From Fidelibacterota bacterium (GTDB lineage: Bacteria; Fidelibacterota; UBA2242): DNA of 64,000 nucleotides. The number at the start of each line of letters is the position of its first letter. Position 1 is the stretch's first letter. Positions 28,863-39,724 of the stretch are shown here, in pieces. The notes beneath the pieces are model-generated. The model saw only the letters and a program-made list of their open reading frames with translations, was not told where the DNA came from and did no database searches. The position numbers and the translations under genes are program-made. The stretch covers positions 2,360 through 66,359 of the forward strand of contig JBNGDF010000006.1 of assembly GCA_049975265.1 (NCBI GenBank), in the 5' to 3' direction.

Positions 28863-30167
28863 CTATGCGTTTATTTCTTGATATAAGGGAAATTGTTGAC
28901 AAAGTTCGCGAACTTCTTGCCGGGCGGAGCGTTTGACTGCGTCGTCATCGTGATGGCGGATCACCTTGTCAATCAGTCGGGCGATGGTCCGCATTTCAGA
29001 TTCTTTCATACCACGGGTGGTCATTGCCGCAGTACCGAGACGGATTCCGCTGGTGACAAAAGGACTTTTCGTATCGAAGGGAACCATATTTTTGTTGGTC
29101 GTGATACCGGACTCTTCCAGAACGTTTTCCGCCTGTTTTCCGGAAATACCTTTATTGGTCAGATCGATCAGGATCAGATGATTGTCAGTTCCACCGGAAA
29201 TCAAATTGTAATCCTTCTGCAGCAGCTCCTCAGCCAACGTCCTGGCATTATCGATGATCTGCTGTGCATATTTTTTAAATTCCGGCTTCAGTGCCTCACC
29301 AAAGGCGACTGCCTTGGCAGCAATGATATGCATCAGCGGTCCGCCCTGAATCCCCGGCATGACATTGGAATCAATCAGCTCCGACATCATCTTGGTCCGA
29401 CCGCTTTTGGCTGCTACCATTCCGAAGGGATTTTCAAAATCCTTGCCCATCAGGATCAAACCACCCCGCGGACCACGCAGGGTTTTATGAGTCGTCGAGG
29501 TAACCACATGGCAGTAAGGCAGCGGATCGGGATGCAACCCTGCGGCAATCAGTCCGGCGGGATGCGCCACGTCCGCCATTAAAAATGCACCAACACGATC
29601 GGCAATCTCCCGAAAACGGGCAAAATCCAGAAACCGCGGGTAGGCACTGCCGCCGGCAATGATCATTTTGGGCTTGGTCTCCATGGCTATTGCCGCCATC
29701 CGCTCAAAATCAATCCGTCCGGTTTTACGATCCACGCCGTAAGAAACAATGTGAAAGAGTTTTCCGGAAAAATTCACCGGGCTGCCGTGTGTCAGATGAC
29801 CGCCGTGCGCCAGGTCCATGCCCAGCACCGTATCACCCGTCTCAAGGAGTGTAAAATAGACCGCCATATTCGCCTGCGATCCGGAATGGGGCTGAACATT
29901 GGCATATTCGGCTCCAAACAGCTGCCTGACCCGGTCTCTGGCTAAATTTTCCGCCATATCTACCGCCGAACAACCGCCGTAATAGCGTTTGCCGGGATAG
30001 CCTTCGGCATATTTATTGGTCATACTGGAACCAGCTGTCTCCAATACCGCCGGACTGACAAAATTTTCTGACGCAATTAATTCCAGCGTCCAGCGTTCCC
30101 GCTCAAACTCCGCAGAAATCGATGACATCACCGCAGGGTCTTCTTTGCGCAAATGGTCAAAATTCAC
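28863..30167 (-). CDS. glyA: Serine hydroxymethyltransferase
   Basis: [37 protein letters not shown]. Confidence 0.98.
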   Translation of the reverse strand: MNFDHLRKEDPAVMSSISAEFERERWTLELIASENFVSPAVLETAGSSMTNKYAEGYPGKRYYGGCSAVDMAENLARDRVRQLFGAEYANVQPHSGSQANMAVYFTLLETGDTVLGMDLAHGGHLTHGSPVNFSGKLFHIVSYGVDRKTGRIDFERMAAIAMETKPKMIIAGGSAYPRFLDFARFREIADRVGAFLMADVAHPAGLIAAGLHPDPLPYCHVVTSTTHKTLRGPRGGLILMGKDFENPFGMVAAKSGRTKMMSELIDSNVMPGIQGGPLMHIIAAKAVAFGEALKPEFKKYAQQIIDNARTLAEELLQKDYNLISGGTDNHLILIDLTNKGISGKQAENVLEESGITTNKNMVPFDTKSPFVTSGIRLGTAAMTTRGMKESEMRTIARLIDKVIRHHDDDAVKRSARQEVRELCQQFPLYQEINA

Positions 30168-30170
30168 TCT

Positions 30171-30608
30171 TCACTCCTTATCGCTCTCGAGCTTGTCAAT
30201 GCGTCGCTGATGACGCCCGCCTTCAAAATTCGTATTCAGCCAGATCGCCAGCATCTTCCGTGCATCTTCAGCTTTGGTATACAGAGCCCCGAAGCAGATG
30301 ACATTGCTGTCGTTGTGTCGGCGGGTCAGGGATGCCACTTTTTCATTGCAGACCAGAGCAGCACGAATTCCTCTGACCTTATTCGCCGCCATACTCATAC
30401 CCACTCCGGTCGTGCAGATCAACACACCGCGCGCGGCTTGCTTTGTCGTAACGAGTTTCGTCACTGCCCGGGCATAATCGGGGTAATCGACAGATTCTGT
30501 ACCCGAAGTACCGCAATCAATGACATGATGTCCCTCCGCACGGGTATATTCTATCAGAGCCTTTTTCAACTCCGCGCCACCGTGATCGGCGCCAAAGGCG
30601 ATTACCAT
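30171..30608 (-). CDS. rpiB: Ribose 5-phosphate isomerase B
   Basis: GADHGG, SVDYPD, CTTGVGM, RHNDSN, FEGGRHQRR. Confidence 0.96.
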   Translation of the reverse strand: MVIAFGADHGGAELKKALIEYTRAEGHHVIDCGTSGTESVDYPDYARAVTKLVTTKQAARGVLICTTGVGMSMAANKVRGIRAALVCNEKVASLTRRHNDSNVICFGALYTKAEDARKMLAIWLNTNFEGGRHQRRIDKLESDKE

Positions 30609-31891
30609 TATTTACTCGCCTCCAGGTCAATCCACTGATAACAATCCAGCCGCGGGTGAAAATCCGATCGCTCCTTTCCGGAGGCATCATACCGGTTCAT
30701 GAACCAGTCCTCCCGCGTCGGAATCAGGTATTGCTTTAAAAAACCGATCCGGGACTGGCTGCTGAAATCACCCAGTTTTTTTGCCTCGAGATAATCATCA
30801 TAGGCAAGTTTATACACCAACTTATCTTCAAAACTAATCGGCGAACGCGAGGAACTATAGTATTCCGCGGCGCCAAACAGAACATCCGCCCGCATTTTGT
30901 ACGTCAGGGCACTCTTTTCCAGCGACAACGCTTTTTTTGCCCAGGTATATGCCGTCTCAAAATCAGCGAGGTTGATGTACATTTTGACAATATTTTCAAT
31001 AACAATCAAATCATGAGAATCAATATTTTTGTGTATATGTTCATACGTCGCCACCGCCTCCTTGTAGTGACCCAGGGTCTTATACAATTCAGCCAGTTCA
31101 TTCCAAGCCTCTTTGCTCTTTAAATCGGCAGCGGTGACCTTTTTTAATACCTCGATCGCCTGGTCATATTCCAACCGTTCAGTCAGTGATCTGGCATAGT
31201 CCAGGCCATAGCGTAAATCCCCGGGATTGCGTTCCCACAGCTCCCGTTTGATGGTCGAAATATCCTGCCCGGTCAGCTCATAAACCCGCAGACGATCGTT
31301 GATTGCTTCCTGATCGTCAGGCTTTATTTCCAAAATCTTGGAAATGCCCCATAGCATATCTTCATACCGTTCCTGGGAAAAACAGAGTTTATTATAGGTA
31401 CGGTACAATTCCAAATTTTCGGGCTCGATCTCAATCATCTTTTCGTATTCGCGAATTTCCAAGTCGATTTTTCCCTGGATATGATAAATATAGGCAATGT
31501 TCTTGCGAATATACATATCCTCAGGCAGGTATTTCAGACCCTTTTCATAGACATATAGAGCACTGTCGTAATAGACCGGATCGGTTTGCGCCAGCTGTTG
31601 ATAGGCACGCCCAAAATAGGGGAAAATATCCTGGGCATACTCCTCTTCGCAACCGTAATCCAGCATTTTTTTATAATTATTGACGGTGCTTTGCCAATTC
31701 TGGTTCTGATAATAGCTGTAGGCAAAATTCAGGTACAGGTCACATTTATCCCGATCGATTTCGGGTATGGTCTCCTGCGTAACCTGAGCGTCTTCCGGGG
31801 CATCCGCTGGCGGGACACAGTGCATAAACGGAATCGTAAAAATGATACAAACCAAGACTGTCAGCAAATGCGTAAGGCGCTTTTTTCTCAT
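30608..31891 (-). CDS. TPR-repeat exported (lipo)protein
   Basis: Signal peptide ending in Cys, multiple TPR-like helical repeats. Confidence 0.75.
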   Translation of the reverse strand: MRKKRLTHLLTVLVCIIFTIPFMHCVPPADAPEDAQVTQETIPEIDRDKCDLYLNFAYSYYQNQNWQSTVNNYKKMLDYGCEEEYAQDIFPYFGRAYQQLAQTDPVYYDSALYVYEKGLKYLPEDMYIRKNIAYIYHIQGKIDLEIREYEKMIEIEPENLELYRTYNKLCFSQERYEDMLWGISKILEIKPDDQEAINDRLRVYELTGQDISTIKRELWERNPGDLRYGLDYARSLTERLEYDQAIEVLKKVTAADLKSKEAWNELAELYKTLGHYKEAVATYEHIHKNIDSHDLIVIENIVKMYINLADFETAYTWAKKALSLEKSALTYKMRADVLFGAAEYYSSSRSPISFEDKLVYKLAYDDYLEAKKLGDFSSQSRIGFLKQYLIPTREDWFMNRYDASGKERSDFHPRLDCYQWIDLEASK

Positions 31892-31913
31892 GACACACCC
31901 CTTCTGTTTAACA

Positions 31914-33119
31914 TTAATATCTATGTAATCGCCGAAACCACAATTCCCCGGCTGTTATGCCGACATAGAAAGAGAGAACCTGCTCCCGACCGATTGTATC
32001 GGTAAGAAATCCGTCCCTGAGGGAAGCCACCACCGCCAGATCTATTCGGTTTGAGAACCTGTTAAACGGAATCCCAATACCACAGCTCACCCCCATCTCA
32101 TGCAGACCGCCCGATTGATAGACCGCCGCACTCTTATAAAAAACGCCGCCGCGCCAGGAGAGTCGCTGCCAATAGGATGAATAGAGTTTCGGAGACGGCA
32201 ATCTCTCAATTCCAATCCCTACATAAAAAGGATTCTGGGCTCCAGATGTATTAATAACGTAAAAATCCTCATATAAATCCGGCGACACCAGCGCATATCC
32301 CAGATCCGCCGAAATTGCCAGCGAACCTCCTAATGTCTTGCGGGCTCCCAACTGAATTGCGGTCGGAAACGGAATTGACCGGCTGCCAGAAGTTGTATCG
32401 TCGCCGAAATAGTAATCGTAATAATGGTAATAATCAAACGCTAAATTGCGTGAATAAGTGGCGGCGAGCTCAAAATTTCTTTTGGAATTAATCCAATAAG
32501 CACCCAACTCGATCTGAAGTCCCTCGACTCCCGCATATTTACGATAATAGGACTTCGTGCGACCATTGTCAATATCGGTCTCCATGCGGGTCAGATAGGT
32601 ACCGAAAAACAGCCGCGTTTTCACCCCGCAGCTGAACCGCTCACTCCACCGATAACCGGCACCGAAAAAATACTCCGATATCCCACCCTCGACATCCACG
32701 TTGGACAGATAGGGGACCGACTCTCCGTAAAAATTCACTGTGTCCTGATGGACACTAGTCCCGTGCATCCGGGAATAGGGCTGCATTCCCATGGCAAACC
32801 CCATCTTTTTGCCCACCGGAAATTTAAATGAGAAGCCCAGAAACTGGGCAACCACAGAACCCGGTATCCCCACCGACGTATTGAAGGACGACATACCCAA
32901 CTGTCCCTGCAGGGAGGTCGTTACAAATCCGTTCCACAGAGCCGGGTTCGAACCGTTTAAACCGATTGAATCGGGAATCGCCAGTCCGGATTGACCCAGC
33001 GCCAGAAAACGGGGCGACACCGCCGGTGACAACATACCAAAGCCATAGGAAGAATAGTATGACGTCTGCCCCAACAGAGGAATCATCAGCAGAAAAAGGA
33101 TCAGGCTCAGGCGTCTCAT
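31914..33119 (-). CDS. Outer-membrane beta-barrel protein (FadL/PorV-like superfamily)
   Basis: YSSYGFG..R.LALG...N..NPA; alternating beta pattern; C-terminal ELWF. Confidence 0.65.
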   Translation of the reverse strand: MRRLSLILFLLMIPLLGQTSYYSSYGFGMLSPAVSPRFLALGQSGLAIPDSIGLNGSNPALWNGFVTTSLQGQLGMSSFNTSVGIPGSVVAQFLGFSFKFPVGKKMGFAMGMQPYSRMHGTSVHQDTVNFYGESVPYLSNVDVEGGISEYFFGAGYRWSERFSCGVKTRLFFGTYLTRMETDIDNGRTKSYYRKYAGVEGLQIELGAYWINSKRNFELAATYSRNLAFDYYHYYDYYFGDDTTSGSRSIPFPTAIQLGARKTLGGSLAISADLGYALVSPDLYEDFYVINTSGAQNPFYVGIGIERLPSPKLYSSYWQRLSWRGGVFYKSAAVYQSGGLHEMGVSCGIGIPFNRFSNRIDLAVVASLRDGFLTDTIGREQVLSFYVGITAGELWFRRLHRY

Positions 33120-33125
33120 ACGGTG

Positions 33126-34424
33126 TTATCTTTCTTTCATCTGCAAAATCTGAATCCGTGGGCGATATTGCTCCAGATTCTGGTCGGAAGCGTTGTAGAG
33201 GCTCAAACTTGCAATATTCGAGAACGACGGAAGTGTGTATAGTACGATTCCGTAATTGGCGGAATACCCACTGATTACACCCTGAATCAACGATTTGATA
33301 CTGATTATCACACTGTCTCCGGTCGCCGCAACGGAGGCGGAGTAGGTGTAGGATTCCTGAGCCGGATCATAACCCGGAATCAACACCGGATTGCCGGATT
33401 CATCGAGACTGTCCTGCATGACAATATTCGAATCCACCACATTGATATACAGATTGAACAGCTCCCCGTAATTGTAGGTCTGTGCCGGATCGATTTTCAG
33501 TTTCAAATCCGCCCGGGCGATGACCGCGTTCTCATCGGGGAGAAGATTCTCAAAGTTAAACTTCAACAGGCAGAAGCCGGCACGACCGGAGCTTATACTG
33601 AACCGGGTGGCAGGACTGAGTGACTGCTTAAACCGGATAATCGACAAATCTGCGGTAGGGAGTATATCACTTTTAAGTGTATCATCGGCAACCACGTACG
33701 TTACACCAATCCGGGGATAATCGGAAGCCTCGCTGGAATAAAATGCCTGAACAGCAGCAACCGTTGTATCCGCTTGCTGGAACACCAGTGTATAATCATC
33801 TATACTCTCGTCGTACCAACCGGAAACCAGGGCTGGATCCAGCGGGATGCTGACTGTGTCTGTATCGGCGGCGGAATAAGTAAATACAGTCTTCCGGTCA
33901 AGACCATAATCCGCGATATGGAAATTGCGCACATGGCTGCTGTCCTCTGTCCAGGGATCGACGCCCTCATTCATCAACTGGTCTACGTTAATAGTCATAT
34001 CCGGAAAAGGGAGATCATTCAGGCGGTACTGTTTGGCTGCGGTCAGTATCAATCGCGCCGTTAAAAAACGATCAATAGAATCGGGTAAAAAATAGCCGAC
34101 ATCTCCGAATTTCATCAGCGTGTACGCATGAACATTTTCATCATCGCCCACATAGAGCAGTGTGGAGTTTCCAATGCCCGGTTGGACCACACCCTGCGCA
34201 TACCGCATCGAATCGGCGGGAATGGTCAGTGTTCGTCGTTCAAAGAGGTCATCCAGATTCTGAATCGTCGGAATTTTTTCCTCACACGCCGCCAGCAGCA
34301 GCATTATCACAACAGACAGAGCCCCACCGATTAAAAATATATTAGGCGTCCGCCCCGCTATTTTCAGACATCTTGGCAGATGTCGTTGGGATTTATAGCT
34401 GATCCACGATTTTAATAATTTCAT
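33126..34424 (-). CDS. Hypothetical lipoprotein (DUF4270-like position and features); start uncertain
   Basis: Lipobox LAAC; IARADL.L and RPRI.I motifs; follows a glycogen-synthase-like gene. Confidence 0.6.
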   Translation of the reverse strand: MKLLKSWISYKSQRHLPRCLKIAGRTPNIFLIGGALSVVIMLLLAACEEKIPTIQNLDDLFERRTLTIPADSMRYAQGVVQPGIGNSTLLYVGDDENVHAYTLMKFGDVGYFLPDSIDRFLTARLILTAAKQYRLNDLPFPDMTINVDQLMNEGVDPWTEDSSHVRNFHIADYGLDRKTVFTYSAADTDTVSIPLDPALVSGWYDESIDDYTLVFQQADTTVAAVQAFYSSEASDYPRIGVTYVVADDTLKSDILPTADLSIIRFKQSLSPATRFSISSGRAGFCLLKFNFENLLPDENAVIARADLKLKIDPAQTYNYGELFNLYINVVDSNIVMQDSLDESGNPVLIPGYDPAQESYTYSASVAATGDSVIISIKSLIQGVISGYSANYGIVLYTLPSFSNIASLSLYNASDQNLEQYRPRIQILQMKER

Positions 34425-35232
34425 CGGCTAAATTTTGCCACTCTTCCGGCGTTTCATTTGAGAGATTATAGGTCGTGATTTTCGAGCTGTTTTGCTTAAA
34501 CAGCTTGCTGAATACCGGGTCTGCCAGGTAGGATTTTTGCAGGTCTTCATTCTCGGTGTTAATGAGTAATGTATGATCGCTGAGTTTATACGCCGCGGCG
34601 ACACAATCGATTTTGGTATTCTTTTCGACTAACTCCTGGTCCAGGTTTGTCAATCCGACCTGTTCATAATCGGCGACCCGATATTTCGAAAGCGGATTTT
34701 TGGAATGCAGAATCTGAAGTATTTTGACGTCCTGAAAATAATCGTTCTCCAGCATCCCCGCTTTGATCACCAGAGGAATAAGACTCATCTGCCAGTCATT
34801 CAGGATGATCGCTTCCGGTTTCCAGCGCAGATAATTCAGGGTCGTCAGTGCGGCGGCGGCAAAATAGCAGAAACGCAGCGTATTGCGGTTCTTGTCACCA
34901 TCGGATTCCTGATACAGATCCTGCGGATCGTTGGAGTAAAAATCGTCGTGTTCGAGAAAATAGACCTGCACCTTGGTATTCGGAATAAATGCCGACTTGA
35001 CACTGGCTTTGACCGGCTGACTCAGAAAGGTCAAATCCATTTCGCGCAGGCGGATGACTTCCCGTAAAATATAGCGTCGCTCGCTGATGAAGGAGTACTT
35101 CGGCATCATCAGGCGAAAATCGTATTTACGTTCATTAAAGACAATAGGAATTTCCTTTGAAAACGTAGCCAGCTGATAGCTTTCAGCAAAAGGTACGATT
35201 TCGGAGGTCAAAAAATATATTCGTTTAATCAT
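34393..35232 (-). CDS. Starch/glycogen synthase N-terminal-domain-only protein (Glyco_transf_5-like)
   Basis: SEIVPF, MMPKY..ISERR..LREVIRL, QVYFL, W.P..I.LNDWQMSLIP; no KTGGL. Confidence 0.8.
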   Translation of the reverse strand: MIKRIYFLTSEIVPFAESYQLATFSKEIPIVFNERKYDFRLMMPKYSFISERRYILREVIRLREMDLTFLSQPVKASVKSAFIPNTKVQVYFLEHDDFYSNDPQDLYQESDGDKNRNTLRFCYFAAAALTTLNYLRWKPEAIILNDWQMSLIPLVIKAGMLENDYFQDVKILQILHSKNPLSKYRVADYEQVGLTNLDQELVEKNTKIDCVAAAYKLSDHTLLINTENEDLQKSYLADPVFSKLFKQNSSKITTYNLSNETPEEWQNLADEIIKIVDQL

Positions 35233-36103
35233 GGCTCTGTTTCACAAATTGTTTGGCGTTTTTAACATATTCACTCTGGGGATAATAATCGATCAAACGC
35301 TGGAATTCATCAACCGCCTGTTCCCGCTCGCCCATAGCCGCATAGCATAATCCAAGTTTAAATTGTGCGTCATCCTCTTTATTACTGTTCTTGAATGAAA
35401 ACACATTTTCGAATTCAACGATTGCACGTCTGTATTGTTTCATTGAATAAAAACACTCCCCGATCCAGTATTGGGCATTGTCGGCTAATTCATGGTCTTT
35501 GTCCTCATTTAAAAGTTGCCGGAACAGCTGAATCGCTGCTTCGTGGTCACCGTTCTGGTAACAGGTCAGGGCTTGCAGATAGCGGTCGCGGTAGCTGACT
35601 CCGGCACTATAGTTCGCGTCCGGCATTTTCGCCTCGGCAACCGATTGCTTCTCGTGCAGAATCGTCCCCAGCGATACGATCCGGTTTTCCAGTATCACCA
35701 ACTGCGACAGGATTTCAAAATTTATGCTGTCGGTGTAGCTCGCCCGCCGGGCATTCTGGGCAACCTGCCGCTGGAGGCGCACCAGTTCGTTGCTGAGTGC
35801 CGCCGTCGCCGATTCGAGCACCCGGACAGTGCTGTCCAGGCGGCTCAATTGCCCACCAAATTCAGGCTGTGGTCGCGCGGGTTCCACCGACGTTTTCACT
35901 TTCTCCGAAAGCCGGTTGACCAGATCAATGGTTTTACTCAGCCGTTCTTCCATCCCGGCAATCCGATTCTGCAATTCGATAAGTTGTTCCGTAGATTCAT
36001 CTGTTTTCGGTTTGGGTTTCGCGTTCAAACGCCCTGCCGGCGCCAGCAGCAGACTCACTGCTCCGATCAATACCATGCATAAAAGCGATTTTTTGGTTTC
36101 CAT
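35225..36103 (-). CDS. cpoB: Cell division coordinator CpoB/YbgF-like protein
   Basis: Signal peptide, coiled coil, LADNAQYWIGECFY, DDAQFKLG, YPQSEY. Confidence 0.82.
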   Translation of the reverse strand: METKKSLLCMVLIGAVSLLLAPAGRLNAKPKPKTDESTEQLIELQNRIAGMEERLSKTIDLVNRLSEKVKTSVEPARPQPEFGGQLSRLDSTVRVLESATAALSNELVRLQRQVAQNARRASYTDSINFEILSQLVILENRIVSLGTILHEKQSVAEAKMPDANYSAGVSYRDRYLQALTCYQNGDHEAAIQLFRQLLNEDKDHELADNAQYWIGECFYSMKQYRRAIVEFENVFSFKNSNKEDDAQFKLGLCYAAMGEREQAVDEFQRLIDYYPQSEYVKNAKQFVKQSHD

Positions 36104-36201
36104 AATTATTCTTCTAAAATAAAATTGGATATAAAATCCAGTGCTGAAAGCTACAAATTTCGGTAAAAAAAACAAATTGTAATTTATATTTTTGCAAATA
36201 C

Positions 36202-37437
36202 TTATCGGCGCCGCTCCAAACTGATATTGTAGACAATCCCGATCATCGTAAAACAGCTGATCATAAATGAACCGCCGTAACTGACGAAGGGCAGCGGCAG
36301 ACCGGTAACCGGCAGCAGTCCCACGGTCATCCCGATATTGACAACCACATGAAACAACATAACACTGGCGACACCGATCACCACCAGCGAACTGAAACGG
36401 TCCCGCAGACGATAGGCGACATTGATCAGCAATGTTATCAGCGTCAGAAACAGAAGCAGTACCAGAATGACACCGACGAAGCCATATTCCTCTCCAATGA
36501 CAGAAAAGATAAAATCGTTGTGTTGCTCCGGCAGGAATTTCAGGTGGGTCTGCGTGCCGTTTCCAAGCCCCTTCCCAAACAGTCCGCCTGAACCGATGGC
36601 AACCTGTGACTGAATAACCTGATAGCCCGATCCCTGTGGATCGACATCGACGTTAAAGAGGGTCATAATGCGGTTCTGTTGATAGGGTTTCAGGCGATTC
36701 CAGAATACAGGAGTCAAAAAACCCAGCGATAAATTAAACACAAACAGCACCACAGCAGTCCAGATTTTTTCCTTACCAAAATAGAAAACCAGAATCAGGA
36801 CCAGCACCCAGATAAAAAAACTGTAAAAATTAAACGCCGTGACGATACTAAGAATCGGCGCCACAATAATAAACAGATGATAAGGTCGGGCACCTGCCCA
36901 GAACAGCATCGGGAAAACCAATAGAAAATAGATGACGGCGGTTCCCAGGTCCGGCTGCTTGATCACAATTCCCATGGGCAGCAGCACCAACAGCAGCGGT
37001 ATGATGAGTGCCCTGAAATCCGAAATGATCAGATCGCTGCGGGAGAGATAGCGGGCGACGGTAATAATGACCAGGATTTTCATAAATTCTGACGGCTGAA
37101 AGTGAATCGGTCCTAAAACAAACCAACGATTGGTGCCGGTTACCGCATCGCCCAGAAAATAGGGCAAAACAATCAGCCCGATGCCAAGCCAATAGAGCAA
37201 ATATGCACCGTCGAACAGAACCTTTTTCTGAATTAAAAAAACGACCACCATGACAATGATTCCGAGGATCATCCAAAGCAGCTGCTTCCCCACAACCTTT
37301 TTAAAAAACGGCAGATCTACCTGCAGCGAGGCGCTGTACAGTGCCAAAAGACCAGCGACACACAACAGCAGGACGGTCAACGCGAGTAGAACGTTACCGC
37401 TTGAGATGGAACTCCCGATCTGAATCCTCCTTTTCAT
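36202..37437 (-). CDS. rodA: Rod shape-determining protein RodA
   Basis: FQPSEFMK, QPDLGTA, IGSGGLFGKG, FLPEQHNDFIFS, GLPLPFVSYGGS; ATGA overlap with mrdA. Confidence 0.96.
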   Translation of the reverse strand: MKRRIQIGSSISSGNVLLALTVLLLCVAGLLALYSASLQVDLPFFKKVVGKQLLWMILGIIVMVVVFLIQKKVLFDGAYLLYWLGIGLIVLPYFLGDAVTGTNRWFVLGPIHFQPSEFMKILVIITVARYLSRSDLIISDFRALIIPLLLVLLPMGIVIKQPDLGTAVIYFLLVFPMLFWAGARPYHLFIIVAPILSIVTAFNFYSFFIWVLVLILVFYFGKEKIWTAVVLFVFNLSLGFLTPVFWNRLKPYQQNRIMTLFNVDVDPQGSGYQVIQSQVAIGSGGLFGKGLGNGTQTHLKFLPEQHNDFIFSVIGEEYGFVGVILVLLLFLTLITLLINVAYRLRDRFSSLVVIGVASVMLFHVVVNIGMTVGLLPVTGLPLPFVSYGGSFMISCFTMIGIVYNISLERRR

Positions 37438-39245
37438 CGAGCAACCACCTCCGCCCGGGGCGGTTCGTAGGGTAAATTCTTTTTGCAATAGTCCAGGATT
37501 CTCCGTACCGCCACTGCCGCTTCACCACCACCCGAGCCACCATGTTCGATGATGACCGTCACAGCCAGAACCTGACCCTCTCTTTTCGAATATCCAATAA
37601 ACCAGGAATGGGAGTCGCCGTGTGGATTCTGCGCCGTACCGGTCTTCCCGTAAACATCCAGATCACGCACTCTCGCCGCCCGACCGGTACCGTTTTTCGA
37701 ATTGACAACGTCATACATCGCCATTTCGACAAATTGCCAGCTCTTGTCTGAAATACCAGTAATTGAATCGGTCTCAGAATACATAAAGGTCTGAAAACGG
37801 TTACTTTGCCGATCCAGATATTTTAATCCGAAATGGGGGATTACCAGCTTGCCATGGGTAGCCAGCGCACCGGCAAAGCGAACCATCTGAAGCGGCGTCA
37901 CCAGCAGATCGCCCTGCCCGATTACCAGATTCAGTTTATTGCCCTCCGTCCAGCCACCGACACCATACTTTTCGTTCAAAAAGTCCTCATCCGGTACCAC
38001 TCCCTGGGATTCGCCGTACAGATCGACATTTGTTAATTTCCCGAACTGAAACCGACGGGCATACTCCGCCCACAAATTCAGGTCCATTTTCCGAATCAGC
38101 GAATAAAAATAGACGTTGCAGGAGTTCACAATCGCATCATAAAGATTCATGCGCCCGTGTCCGCTAAGCTTCCAGCATTTAAATTCCCGTCGTCCCAGTC
38201 GATAGACGCCCCGACAGAACACCTCGCTCTCCGGATCGAAAATATTCTCCTCAAGAGAAGCAAATACGGCAACGAGTTTAAAGGTGGAACCGGCAGGATA
38301 GGTACCCTGAGTCGCCCGGTTGTAGAGCGGTCGGTCGGGATCGTTCAGCAGACTGTTCCAGACATCGGGTTCCACAATCCCGGAAAACAGTCCGGGAGAA
38401 TAGTCCGGCTTGCTGACCATTGCCAAAATTTCTCCGGACTCAGCATCCATGACAATCGCCGCCCCCTTCTTTTCCCTAAGCAGCTCCTCGGCGTACGCCT
38501 GTAGACCAATATCAACTGTCAAATACAGATCGTTGCCGAACCGGGGCTGGACACTGCGCTTATCTTCGATTTTCCCCACCACCTGCCCGTAAACATTGAC
38601 CTGAACATATTCAAATCCTTTTTTACCGTGTAAAATATTCTCATATTCCCGCTCGACACCATTCCAGCCGATCAGATCCCCTGCGTGATAACCATAATCT
38701 CTGATCATCTTTAAATCATCCTTATCGACCTCGCGTAAATAGCCCAGCACATGACTGAGATTTGCCGGACCGCGAAAGGATCGGATCGGTTCCAGAGAAT
38801 AGAGCACCCCCGGCAGCTCCAGGCGCCGCTCTTCAATCTCGGTCAATACATCAAAATCGATATCCGTTGCAACCCTCGCCGGCAGGAAAAGCCCGCGGTA
38901 ATTCTTCTGCACCCGGCGGCGAATCTCCTGCTCGGAAACCCCCAGAATTACGCTCAGCAACGAGTACACCGAATCGTTTTTAGCCGTCTCATAGGGAATG
39001 ATGTTCAGGTTGTATTGCGATTTATTATCAACGATAATCCGACCATTGCGATCGTAGATCAAACCCCGGGGCGCCTCTCTGGAGACGACCCGCACCTGGT
39101 TGGCTTCGGCGATGCCCGCAAACCGACTGTATTCGACAACCTGCAACTGATATAGCCTGACTCCTAAAACGACGAACAGAGTTAACGCAATCGCCAAAAA
39201 CAGAGTACGATGCAGCGATGTTGCATTGTTCTTTACATAAAACAT
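37434..39245 (-). CDS. mrdA: Penicillin-binding protein 2
   Basis: APRGLIYDRNG, GSTFK, SCNVYFY, GKTGTAQ. Confidence 0.96.
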   Translation of the reverse strand: MFYVKNNATSLHRTLFLAIALTLFVVLGVRLYQLQVVEYSRFAGIAEANQVRVVSREAPRGLIYDRNGRIIVDNKSQYNLNIIPYETAKNDSVYSLLSVILGVSEQEIRRRVQKNYRGLFLPARVATDIDFDVLTEIEERRLELPGVLYSLEPIRSFRGPANLSHVLGYLREVDKDDLKMIRDYGYHAGDLIGWNGVEREYENILHGKKGFEYVQVNVYGQVVGKIEDKRSVQPRFGNDLYLTVDIGLQAYAEELLREKKGAAIVMDAESGEILAMVSKPDYSPGLFSGIVEPDVWNSLLNDPDRPLYNRATQGTYPAGSTFKLVAVFASLEENIFDPESEVFCRGVYRLGRREFKCWKLSGHGRMNLYDAIVNSCNVYFYSLIRKMDLNLWAEYARRFQFGKLTNVDLYGESQGVVPDEDFLNEKYGVGGWTEGNKLNLVIGQGDLLVTPLQMVRFAGALATHGKLVIPHFGLKYLDRQSNRFQTFMYSETDSITGISDKSWQFVEMAMYDVVNSKNGTGRAARVRDLDVYGKTGTAQNPHGDSHSWFIGYSKREGQVLAVTVIIEHGGSGGGEAAVAVRRILDYCKKNLPYEPPRAEVVAR

Positions 39246-39247
39246 GG

Positions 39248-39724
39248 TTATGACTGTCTAAAAGATAAAATATAGTCGAAGATAATAAACACCGCTGCTG
39301 TATACAGTGTATTGGGCAGAACGTACCGGAAAACCAATAGCTGAACCGGATATTCAGCCGAGTGGTAATTAATCAGAAAAAAGATCAGATAGTGAATAAA
39401 GATTATGAAACAGACAAAGGTATAAAAGGTGAAGCCGTTCAGGCGATTGTGCTGACCCTTCAGGTAACCCGCCAGAAATCCAGCCACGGTCTTGGTCAGT
39501 GCCGACAATCCGAGAAATGATCCGATGCCGATCAGGTCCATGATCATTCCGAACCCAAAACCGCACAGTTGCCCCGATACCCGTCCGAACAAAACGGCAA
39601 TAAACAGGATCAATATCAGCACAAAATCCGGTTTAACTCCCCGGATCGCCAACCAGGGCGCCACAATCAGCTGCAACAGTACAGCAAGCAAACTGAAACC
39701 GGCAATCAGACCTATTTTCTTCAT
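39248..39724 (-). CDS. mreD: Rod shape-determining protein MreD
   Basis: Hydrophobic, GVKPDF..GFGFG..MD; lies between mreC and mrdA. Confidence 0.9.
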   Translation of the reverse strand: MKKIGLIAGFSLLAVLLQLIVAPWLAIRGVKPDFVLILILFIAVLFGRVSGQLCGFGFGMIMDLIGIGSFLGLSALTKTVAGFLAGYLKGQHNRLNGFTFYTFVCFIIFIHYLIFFLINYHSAEYPVQLLVFRYVLPNTLYTAAVFIIFDYILSFRQS

